From NCBI GenBank assembly GCA_963790805.1, contig CAWBPL010000001.1, positions 1 to 32,025 of the forward strand: a stretch of DNA of 32,025 nucleotides, given 5' to 3'. Each line of letters begins with the position of its first letter. The first letter of the stretch is position 1. This document shows positions 1-9,106 of this stretch, piece after piece. Under the pieces are notes generated by a model, which worked only from the letters and a program-made list of their open reading frames with translations, had not been told where the DNA came from and did not search any database. A program made the position numbers and the translations under genes. The stretch is from Candidatus Gottesmanbacteria bacterium (GTDB lineage Bacteria > Patescibacteriota > Microgenomatia > UBA10105 > UBA927).

Positions 1-1
1 C

Positions 2-225
2 ATTTCCGCGGTGGCGCAAACTCTCGCCCGAGCCCACCCGAACAAGATCGTGCTGACCTTCGGCCTGGTGTTCCTGGTGTCGGGGATGGCATTCAAGCTG
101 GGCGTGGTGCCGTTCCATATGTGGATTCCCGACGTATACGACGGCGCGCCCACCGCGGTGACCCTGATCATCGGCTCGGCGCCCAAGCTGGCGGCGTTCG
201 CGATGGCGATGCGCCTCCTGGTCAT
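2..225 (+). CDS. nuoN: NADH-quinone oxidoreductase subunit N, internal fragment (probably chimeric/foreign sequence)
   Basis: Translation contains [22 protein letters not shown]...PKLAAF, the NuoN/ND2 signature. It is much richer in GC than the rest of the window and the similarity ends abruptly at about 225. Confidence 0.9.
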
Positions 226-292
226 GGCGCGAGCGGCATGCCATTCAGTCCATATCAGTTCGCCAACACGGATAGTCAGACAGGAGTTCACG

Positions 293-1630
293 ATGATCAC
301 AATGAGAAGATCTAAACTTGCGTATAGTCATGATCCGCATCTCTGCCAAGTTGAAACTACATACGCATGCAATCAACATTGCCTTGCTTGTTACAATCCG
401 ACAAGGACAAAGCTTGGAAATCTCACGAAAACTGACGCGATTGTTGAGTCGGTTGCAATTAGTAAGATACCGCATGTGTATCTTATCGGAGGTGAGCCAA
501 GCCTATTAGGAGTAAAACGACTGAATCGGTATATTGAGCGACTCAGTGACCATTCGTCTGTCACCGATTGTAACAAATGGCAAAATTCGCCTTGAAGGCA
601 TATCACCTAAGCTGGCATGTTTTGGTATACCGATACATGGAAGTAAAGCGGAAACACATGAACGCTTTACTCAATCAAAAGGCAGTTTTAATAATGCACT
701 CTCGACGATTGAATACTATGTGAGTCAAGGATTTGATGTTCGATGCATTCCAGTGCTTACGGGTTTCAATTTCGACGAGATGTTCGATATCATCCGGCTC
801 GCCTCAGATCTCGGCATGGAAAGTGTCTTTGTCGACAGATTTGAAGATGGCGGACTAGGTGCTAAGAATGTCGCTAATTTTCGCGAATTGAAGCCAACAA
901 TTGAGCAGTTCAGGATTGCGGTTGGCCAAATAATCGAAGCCAGACACTTGTTTTCCAGTTTCCACGGGAAGGTGGGCTTCGGGACGGCTATTCCGTATTG
1001 CCTAGATGAACGCATTGTTGAAGATGGCATTCAGTCAAGACTGTGGAGTTGGTACCACATTTTGCGCTATTTCGCCGAAGGGTGAATTTCGCATCTGTAA
1101 CCAGTCTACGGTTGTCTACGGAATGGTACCGGAAGAACCTGTTGAACGTATTTGGAGGAAAAGGACTTTAGGTGGATTTCGGTGTCTTTCATGGGTGACT
1201 GAGCCATGTAAATCGTGCCCGCTATTGACGCAATGTGTCTGTGGTTGCAAAGTTGATGTTAATGAATCGGATCAGTATTGCATCGATTACGCAGTTCGGG
1301 GGACAGCTGGGCCAAGTCAAAAGATATTGGAATCGCTTTCCTATCCCGATCCTACCGAAAGTTATCCCCAAAAGATGCGTCGTTTTCGGGTGAATCGATT
1401 TACGAAGGTTACTACTCTGTACACTCAGCCGCTACTTGTGACCAGATACCAAACGGTCGAGATCGACGGTATAGCTTTAGAAATGACAAAAGAGCTTTTG
1501 ACCGGAACGATTGGTACTGAGCTTGATTTGATAAAGCGATATTCTGATCGTGTTAATAAAGCTGACGTCCGTCGTTTTGTCAAGTCAACTGCTTCAGGTT
1601 GATGCGCTCGATCCATTAGGTGAGGTGTGA
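293..1630 (+). CDS. Radical SAM/SPASM-domain protein with probable C-terminal PqqD-like RRE domain (3 apparent frameshifts near 566, 1038, 1582)
   Basis: SD AGGAG at 282-286 and ATG at 293. CxxxCxxC = [12 protein letters not shown], and VTNG after the first shift. SPASM motifs [19 protein letters not shown] and [14 protein letters not shown]. The tail [15 protein letters not shown] ends at TGA 1628-1630 after a one-base correction. Confidence 0.85.
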
Positions 1631-1631
1631 C

Positions 1632-3110
1632 ATGAAAGTACCAGGAGAAGTTCATTGGGAAGTGACGAACAAGTGTGATCGTCGTTGTAGAACGTGCATT
1701 GTTTCTTCAGGGAAGCCCAGAAAAAACGAGTTGACGACTGAACAGGCAATTATTGTTCTGGGTTTTCTCAAACGATCTGGAGTGGAGAGCATTTTCTATA
1801 CCGGCGGTGAGCCCTTCATGCGCACGGATTTCCCTGAAATGTTAGGAGAAACTGTACGTTTGGGTATCCAAGCAGAAGTGATCTCGAATGGCATCTTGCT
1901 GACGCAGAAGACGTTACAACTTCTTGCATCTCTAGGCGTACCTCTTGGTATTAGTCTGGATGGGGATACTCCTGAGTCAAATGATGCTGTGCGGGGCAAG
2001 GGTGCGTTTGTGAAAGCGCTCTATACAATCAAAGAGGCAAGAAAACTTGAGATTCAAGTTACGCTCTATATAACGCTACGAGCAGGTAATATACAAGCGA
2101 TTGAACATTTCGGAAAAATGGCGCAAGAGCTTGACTGTGAAGGGATCCATTTTAACGAAGTTACGCTCGCTGGTCGCGCGCTCGCTGATAAGGCTGTCCA
2201 ACCGCTTACGCTTGCCGATCACGAACAATTGCCTAAAAGGATTGGTAAGCTAAGCCTTGAACGTTTTCACGAACGCCTCAAGCATCTGCCAGATAGTTGT
2301 TGGATAGACAGTTCATCAGCTTGGTACATTCGGAGTGACGGTAATATTTATGCATGCAGCGAAGTTGCATTGCGCAGACCATCGTTTTTTCGGGGAAATA
2401 TTTTTGATCTGGCTACTGGACGGGTTCAAGAACTGAAACCGGTCGCTCATGTACGAAAAAGTGAAAGTTGCTGTTACCAGGTTTGGGCAAGTAAACGAAT
2501 TTCGCTTACCACAAATACTTGTTCAGTCTGTCCGATGACCGTATCACAAAGTCCTATCCGAACTCTGGATGAACTTTATGATGAGCTTGATCAGTTCTAT
2601 CCAGACATACGTCAGTTTTGTAAAGAGTGCGAATATCCCGATTGCATGGGCTATATCTGGGCACTTCCGGAAGAGGCAGAGCGAATGGTGGAGAAGGACA
2701 TTTTGATCATGGAAATCAATGACAACATTGATTTCATCCATTCATTCGATGAGCTGCCGGGGGGAGGTTTTAACGTAGGAAAGCGATATCCTGTCTGCCG
2801 GTATGTTAAAGGTCCGTGTCGCCGATGTAGTATTCATGATCTGCGTCCGATGGTATGCAGGTTATGGCCAATGGGATTGGAAACTCATAAGGGTAAGGTA
2901 GTTCTTGCGCTCCATCAGGACTGCCTGTTTACAAAATATCTGGAAGACCATCAATTGCTTATTCGATTCAGGCGCCGTGCGCTGGATCTTATGAGTCGAT
3001 TATCGCCAAGACTGAAGGGTGAGATTTTAAAAACCTATCATAGGGTTGATGAAATCGCAACATTTCCATATGGCGAAAATCGATATATCATCCTTCAGGA
3101 ATTCTCATAG
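1632..3110 (+). CDS. Radical SAM protein with twitch/SPASM-like region, fused to a C-terminal YkgJ/UPF0153-like Cys-cluster (Zn/Fe-chelating) domain
   Basis: SD GAGGTG at 1622-1627 before ATG 1632. Motifs CDRRCRTC, TGGEPF, ISNG, ISLDG and YIRSDGNIYAC. C-terminal CKECEYPDC...CRY...CRRCSIHDLRPMVCRLWP. Confidence 0.88.
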   Translation: MKVPGEVHWEVTNKCDRRCRTCIVSSGKPRKNELTTEQAIIVLGFLKRSGVESIFYTGGEPFMRTDFPEMLGETVRLGIQAEVISNGILLTQKTLQLLASLGVPLGISLDGDTPESNDAVRGKGAFVKALYTIKEARKLEIQVTLYITLRAGNIQAIEHFGKMAQELDCEGIHFNEVTLAGRALADKAVQPLTLADHEQLPKRIGKLSLERFHERLKHLPDSCWIDSSSAWYIRSDGNIYACSEVALRRPSFFRGNIFDLATGRVQELKPVAHVRKSESCCYQVWASKRISLTTNTCSVCPMTVSQSPIRTLDELYDELDQFYPDIRQFCKECEYPDCMGYIWALPEEAERMVEKDILIMEINDNIDFIHSFDELPGGGFNVGKRYPVCRYVKGPCRRCSIHDLRPMVCRLWPMGLETHKGKVVLALHQDCLFTKYLEDHQLLIRFRRRALDLMSRLSPRLKGEILKTYHRVDEIATFPYGENRYIILQEFS

Positions 3111-3126
3111 AAAGGAGAATGCCGAC

Positions 3127-3222
3127 ATGTCTAAATGCAAAGCAGTACTTGACAGCAAGAAGATCCGCAAGATCAGCGTCAAGGCCAAGGCCAATAAGTC
3201 GAGCCACAGTAAGTCACATTAA
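3127..3222 (+). CDS. 31-aa peptide MSKCKAVLDSKKIRKISVKAKANKSSHSKSH, candidate RiPP precursor
   Basis: Read by hand, below the ORF-track cutoff. Strong SD AAAGGAG at 3111-3117, 9 nt before the ATG. It lies directly after two radical SAM genes and before a terminator. Confidence 0.75.
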   Translation: MSKCKAVLDSKKIRKISVKAKANKSSHSKSH

Positions 3223-3264
3223 CGCGTGATGATTCCGTGACCCGGCCGATTTGACCCATCACCG

Positions 3265-3306
3265 GAAGGTGATATCATTCTCTAAATGGTATCACCTTCT
3301 TTTTTT
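3265..3306 (+). terminator. Rho-independent terminator of the radical SAM/peptide operon
   Basis: 15-bp stem GAAGGTGATATCATT / AATGGTATCACCTTC with one G-U pair, a 5-nt loop, then a 7-T tract. Confidence 0.9.
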
Positions 3307-3327
3307 GGGAAAATGAACGATAGAAGT

Positions 3328-3531
3328 CTATAACACCGGAGGTCTTCGACTTTTATTTGCGTCTTCAGTAGGATGACTTGTCCAACTACTAATCCATCCA
3401 CCAATCCCGATAATAATTTTTTCTACAAGCGGCTTCTCTTTTGTTTGGTCGGTGTGAACGGGTGACGTCTCAGTTAATCGGGGAATACTAGTTCGTCCGT
3501 GATCACCTCTATTACGAAAATCTTCATTCAT
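3328..3531 (-). CDS. Small hypothetical protein (67 aa), probably leaderless
   Basis: ORF with an extended -10 element TG-T-TATAAT 6 nt before its ATG on the minus strand. Confidence 0.5.
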   Translation of the reverse strand: MNEDFRNRGDHGRTSIPRLTETSPVHTDQTKEKPLVEKIIIGIGGWISSWTSHPTEDANKSRRPPVL

Positions 3532-3688
3532 GCCCGTATTATAACATAATCCGTGGCTATTGACAGTTGATAATAATTTCTTTCTTTGTTATATTCTCAT
3601 TGAAGACTTTGACATGCATGATGCCATTTTGGTGTAGTGAGGGTGATCGAAGCGAAATAAGCGAGCTGTCTTAAAAATTCCCGCATTC

Positions 3689-3717
3689 TTGAGACAGAGG
3701 AGTTAATTTGGTATACT
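3689..3717 (+). promoter_or_regulatory. Sigma70-type promoter for the T-box/ileS transcript
   Basis: TTGAGA (3689-3694), 17-nt spacer, TATACT (3712-3717), with TG two bases upstream of the -10. Confidence 0.7.
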
Positions 3718-3723
3718 CTAGTT

Positions 3724-3840
3724 AGAAAGCGCTGAAGGGACTCATCACCCCGGAGCTACTGATAAAACGAGAAGCAACAAAGGTGGTACCACGAACATCC
3801 GTTCGTCCTTTCTGTATAATAGAAGGAGAGCGGATTTTTT
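3724..3840 (+). ncRNA. T-box riboswitch (Ile, AUC specifier), ultra-short form
   Basis: T-box sequence AAAGGTGGTACCACG at 3779-3793. Mini stem I GCGCTGAAGGG-ACTCATCA-CCCCGGAGC with ATC at 3744-3746. Terminator hairpin 3797-3835 plus T tract immediately before the ileS ATG. Confidence 0.85.
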
Positions 3841-6693
3841 ATGGATACAAAACCAACATTTGCGCCGGTAACAGCGGCAGTCAATTTTCCCGAACTAGAG
3901 GAAAAGATGATTGCGTACTGGAAAGAAAATAAAATTTTCGAGAAATCTATTGAGAGCCGGCCGGCGGATAAAACATGGACATTCCTGGACGGCCCGCCGT
4001 TTATTACCGGGCTGCCGCACTACGGCACGCTTCTATCGAGTATTCCCAAAGATTTATTTCCCCGCTACTGGACGATGAAAGGCTACCGCGTGCGCCGCGT
4101 GTGGGGCTGGGATTGCCACGGCTTGCCGGCAGAAAATAAAGTTGAAGTAAAGTTAAAACTGAAAAGTAAGCGGGATATTGAGGAAAAAATCGGGGTAAAG
4201 AAATTTATTGATGAATGCAAAAGCTATGTGCAGGATGTATCCGGCGAGTGGGAATGGTACGTGGACCATATCGGCCGCTGGGTGGATTTTACAAATGCCT
4301 ACAAAACTATGGATACGCCGTACATGGAATCGGTGATGTGGGTATTTAAGCAAATGTACGACAAAAATCTTATTTACAAAGGCATGCGCGTGTCCCTTTA
4401 CTGTCCGCACGACGTCACCCCGATTTCCAATTTCGAAGTGGCAATGGATGCCGATAATTATAAAGAAGTTACGGAGCCAACTGCCGTATTTATGTATGAA
4501 TTAGAAGATCCTCGACTTCGCTCGGGAAAAGCACATATCTTCTGGCATGGTCAACAACACCGTGGAATAAGCTCGCTACGCCGGCGCTTGCCGTAAATCC
4601 AACACTCACATATGTAAAAGTGAAGCAGGGTGACGAATTTTATATTCTTGCCAAAACCACGATGAAAATGCTTACGGATAAACCGTATGAAGTGGTTCGA
4701 TGAATTTTTGGGAAACACGCTGGTTGGTAAAAAATTTGTGCCCCATTATACGTTTTTATAAAATAGAAGAAGGAAAAAAATATTTGAAGTGATTGGCGGG
4801 GATTTTGTTACGTCGGACGAAGGAACCGGCATCGTGACGATCGCCGCATACGGCGAAGAGGATCTTAGCGGTCATGAAAAAAGAGAATGTGCAGATCGTA
4901 CTGCATGTTGACGAAGAAGGGATGATGAAACCCGAAGTGCCCAAATGGGCGGGTATGTATTATCTGGATGTTGATAAACTGGTCATCGAAGATTTAACAG
5001 CACGAGGACTTATTTATCGTGTTGACGACATATACCCATGCAGTGCCGACGTGCTGGCGATGCCACACGCGGCTTTATTATGCGCCGCAGGATGCGTGGT
5101 ATGTGAATGTGCAGAGTTTGAAAGAAAAGATGAAAGCGACGAATGAAAAGGTGAACTGGTACCCGGATCATTTTAAATATGGTAGGTATTTGAAAAGTTT
5201 GGAAAATGCGCCGGACTGGTGTATTTCACGCAGTCGCTACTGGGGAAGTCCGGTGCCGGTATGGGAATGCCCGCGGGCCACCGGTTTGTGCCAGGATCGA
5301 TTGCCGAACTTGAAGAAGCATCGGGCAAAAAAATTACGGATTTGCATAAACCGGAAATTGATGATGTGGTAGTGAAATGTAAAGAGTGCGGCAAAGAGGC
5401 AAAACGCGTGACGGAAGTGTTGGATAGCTGGATAGAAGCAGGTAGCGCATCGTTTGCCGAGCGGCATTTTCCGTTTAATAAAGAGGTAAAGCTTGAAGAA
5501 TTCTTCCCGCCTGATTTTATCGTTGAATACACCGGACAGATCCGCGCATGGTTTTATGTGCTCCACGTTATTGCAACGGCTCTCTACGATTCCAATGCGT
5601 TTAAAAATGTGGTCGTGACGGGCGTGATTTTGGGTACCGACGGTCGGAAAATGAGTAAAAATTACGGCAATTATCCGGACCCGAAGGAACTTATTCAAAA
5701 ATACGGTGGCGATGCACTGCGACTTTATTTACTTCGGCGCGCCGGTGATGCACGGCGAGGATATTCGGATTTCGGAACTTGACTACAAACAGCAAGTTCG
5801 CGGAACGCTTCTTCTTTTATGGAACGTCTATAATTTTTTTGTAACGTATGCCATTGTGGACGGGCTGGAAACTGGGAAGCGAAGTTAGCAAGAATGTTAT
5901 GGACCGGTGGATCATGTCGCGGATGAATGGAAATATAACAAAAATGGCGGACGATGGGTATGAAAAATACGATGCGCCGGTCATAGTGAATGAAGCATGG
6001 AATTTCATGCAGGATTTGTCCACGTGGTATGTACGGCGTAGTCCGCGACCGAGTGGGTCCAAGCGTAGATACAGGGGACGATAAAAATGCAGCCTACCAA
6101 ACACTTTGGACCGTACTGACAACCTATTTCGAAAGCTCTGCGCCGCTTATTCCGTTTGTTACAGAGGAAATGTACCGGAATTTAACGGGCGAAGAATCGG
6201 TGCATCTTAGCCAATTGGCCAGAAACGGTTGGCTCAGTTGATGAGGAGCTGGAAAAAAAGATGGATTTAGCGACGAAAAATTGTGGAGACGGGGCATGCC
6301 ATACGGAAAGAAAATTCATGTAAAAGTTCGCGTGCCGCTTGCATCACTTGTGATACGACAACTCAGACACGACTTTCGGATGGAATTGAAAACGTGATTG
6401 CAAAAGAAACGAATGTCAAGAAAGTTGTATTTCGGCAGGAAACAATAAGAGGATATCAAAGTCGTGCTTGACTTTAAAATGACCGATGCACTGACAAATG
6501 GAGGGGCGGCGCGGGATTTGGTGCGTGAAATTCAAGGATGCGGAAAGAAAAGGATGTAAGATTGATGATAAAATTAGTTTAGTGTTACCGGAGAAAGAAT
6601 AACATTATCCGAGGATTTGATTCGTATATTAAAAAAGAAACACTTGCAACATCAATTACATGGGGAGAAAATCTTTCACTATCGATTGGATAA
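3841..6693 (+). CDS. ileS: Isoleucine--tRNA ligase, type II-like (multiple frameshifts)
   Basis: DGPPFITGLPHYG, GWDCHGLP, DWCISRSRYWG, DFIVEYTGQIRAWFY, KMSK and YGGDALRLY appear in successive frames. Preceded by an Ile T-box. Confidence 0.95.
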
Positions 6694-7719
6694 CTGCCCT
6701 GACACTTTTGTGCCTCGGAAGCTTCGGGCTCTTTATTCTTCCTTTCTATCGGGCAGTCATTTTTTATGGCGCAACTTCTCTATCTTATCTTGCGTTTACT
6801 CTGATGATCACCATTGCGCAGCTTGATGCGCTTATTCTGTGGTGGGCGGCGCCCATGGTGGTATATTCTGGCAAATCTATTTTTGCTTCTTTCCTATTTG
6901 GGACCGAGTATCCGCGGCGCTAACCCGCTGGATACTCATTTTCGGTGTGCAGTTGCAGCCGTCGGAACTCGTAAAGCCGCTCCTTCTCCTCGCATTTGCA
7001 CACTTTATTGCAGGATATCCTCCTAGAAAATTACGAATTTTCCCCGGCTTTTTATTCTGTTTGCGATTCCGTTTTTTCTTGTTTTCCACCAGCCGGATTT
7101 GGGAAGCAGTTTGGTCTATGCGGGGTTTTGGACGGCGATGATGCTCGCCGGCGGACTTTCCGTTGGCTTTTTGTGGCGGATTAGGTCTTGCAGCAAGGTG
7201 TTTTTGTTCCGCTCATGTGGACGCATCTGGCAATCTATCAGAAGTCGCGGATTACCACATTTTTGGATCCGGGATGGATCCAAAAGGAGCGGGATACAAT
7301 GCACTTCAGGCAATGATTGCGGTTGGTTCGGGGCAGTGTTCGGGCGGGGTTTCGGGCGGGGCACACAGTCCCATCTGCGGTTTTTACCAGAATTCCATAC
7401 GGATTTTATATTCGCCACCCTTGTTGAAGAACTGGGATTTGTGGGCGGGAGCTTGCTTATTGCGGGGTACGGGATACTCTATATCGGAATAATCGCTCCG
7501 ATTTTACGCGGTGCGGTAACGGATACGCGGGTGTTTATTTTTTCCCTCGGGTTGTTTGCCATGCTTTTGTCTCAAATTTTTATCAATGCAGGGATGAATA
7601 TGGGGCTTATCCCTATAACCGGCATCACCTTGCCGTTTGTGTCGTACGGAGGGAGTCGCATTTCTGTCACGGCAGTCTCCTTCGGTCTCCTTTGGGCGAT
7701 TGCAAAGAGTCATTCGTAA
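6660..7719 (+). CDS. rodA: SEDS family peptidoglycan polymerase RodA/FtsW (frameshifted)
   Basis: Motifs RWI..FGVQLQPSELVK, DPKGAGYNALQAMIAVGSG, FLPEFHTDFIFA and GITLPFVSYGGS. Confidence 0.88.
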
Positions 7720-8480
7720 GTTTTTCTCAAAACGAAGCGCTCCGGTGGTGATATTATTGCTGATCTGACAACTGCCAAATCCTGTATCACCTGACAGATG
7801 TTTTATACATCCATCCCGAAGCGCATTCGCTCCAAACTTTTATTCCTTTACTGCTTGCTGCAACTCGTGCTAGGCCGGCATAGCATTCCACTGCGATGCC
7901 AATAAGGCATGCATAGATTTGGGTCTAATTCACCGGAGAAATACGGCCACTGTATCCCGTAAGTGATATGTACATATCCATCACCGTACCAGATAGTTAC
8001 GAGTGAACTGTTTGGTTGAATGGTCCTTACCCAGGGCAATACCTGTAAGACCGTACGGGTCGGCTTCTACATCAAGTAGTACCGTGTGGCGCGGTTGGTT
8101 TTCCTCCTGATTCGTCCACCAATCAAATGTTGCTTTTGCCGTCAAGCCATTTTTGTAAACGGTTTTTGCTCCTGCCGGAAATCAATTCCTATAATAACTC
8201 CGTCTCCTTTATGGAAGAATGAGTATGTGCAGCCAACATTTAAGGTGGGCGTATATTTAGATAAAAAATCGTCCGGCGGGAAAATTGGCGTTGGCGTCAA
8301 CGTAGGTTCCGCTGTTGGTGTCTGCGTTGGGGCTGGGGTGAAAATTGGCGGTAATGGCGTAACCGCGGCTGGTGGCACTGAAACGTTCGTATTTGACACC
8401 AGCGGCCCGATTCCACAGGCGGCGAGTCCAAACGCGGCGAGCAAAGCGATGGACAAGATGGTCAAACATTTTCCAGACAT
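7708..8480 (-). CDS. Putative lipoprotein with Pro/Thr-rich linker (frameshifted; 3' end uncertain)
   Basis: Signal peptide ends in the lipobox LAAC, followed by a PT-rich segment. SD-like GAGG lies upstream. Downstream fragments such as 7848-8039 probably continue the same gene. Confidence 0.5.
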
Positions 8481-8721
8481 GACTTAATTCCTCTTTTCTT
8501 TTTTGAATTTAATTTTTCATCTTCGCAAGACGCGCCTACACAGAGGGGTTTCCCAGGATGATTACTTCGCGCGAGAGACGAATGTTCATCTCCAAGGTGA
8601 AGTAATCATAGGGTTTCCCATTTTTTGCAGTAAAGGTATGGTAAGGAGCGAAAAAGAAAGCTAGGTACGAGCGGATAGACGCGGCTTTTTTACGGTATTT
8701 ACTCTCCCTAGTTGAGGCTAA

Positions 8722-8751
8722 AGTATACCCCAACTATAGGCTTGATGTCAA
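8722..8751 (-). promoter_or_regulatory. Sigma70-type promoter driving a ~235-nt leader and the lipoprotein gene
   Basis: Minus strand reads TTGACA, 18-nt spacer, TATACT. Confidence 0.6.
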
Positions 8752-8797
8752 GCTATTGATTGTGTTTGCGTTCCATTTTTGATAAAATGCATTCATT

Positions 8798-9106
8798 ATG
8801 TTCGCAATCGTTGAAATACAGGGAAAACAATTTAAAGTAACGGTCGGCCAAACACTCTCTGTTGAGCGTATGGAAGGCGTTGCCGGAGCTGCCGTGAAAT
8901 TTGATCGGGTGCTCATGCTTTCGGACGGAAAAACCACAAAAATTGGCACGCCCACGGTAAAAGGCGCCGTCGTGAAGGCGAAAATTGTCGGACAGGAAAA
9001 AGGCGAAAAACTGGACGTCCGCCGGTATAAGCAAAAAGTCCGTGAGCGCAAACACGTAGGATTCCGCCCGAAAATCACCAAACTCGAAATACTGTCCATT
9101 TCATGA
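8798..9106 (+). CDS. rplU: 50S ribosomal protein L21
   Basis: MFAIVEIQGKQFKVTVGQ...KIGTPTV...GFRPKITKLEI is the typical bL21 sequence. Confidence 0.97.
   Translation: MFAIVEIQGKQFKVTVGQTLSVERMEGVAGAAVKFDRVLMLSDGKTTKIGTPTVKGAVVKAKIVGQEKGEKLDVRRYKQKVRERKHVGFRPKITKLEILSIS

Noticed and set aside
11-595. 194-aa NuoN-radical SAM fusion ORF
   Set aside because: There is a sharp compositional break at about 225 and the rSAM has its own SD and ATG at 293. A chance in-frame chimeric join explains it best.
3196-3222. Assignment to the known His-Xaa-Ser (HxsA/B/C/D) system
   Set aside because: The tail is SSHSKSH, not tandem HxS repeats, the peptide is much shorter than HxsA, and no HxsD-like gene is visible. 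It is kept only as a possible distant analogy.
3119-3229. Alternative peptide MPTCLNAKQYLTARR... in another frame
   Set aside because: Its ATG is only 1 nt from the SD, whereas ATG 3127 has a normal 9-nt spacing.
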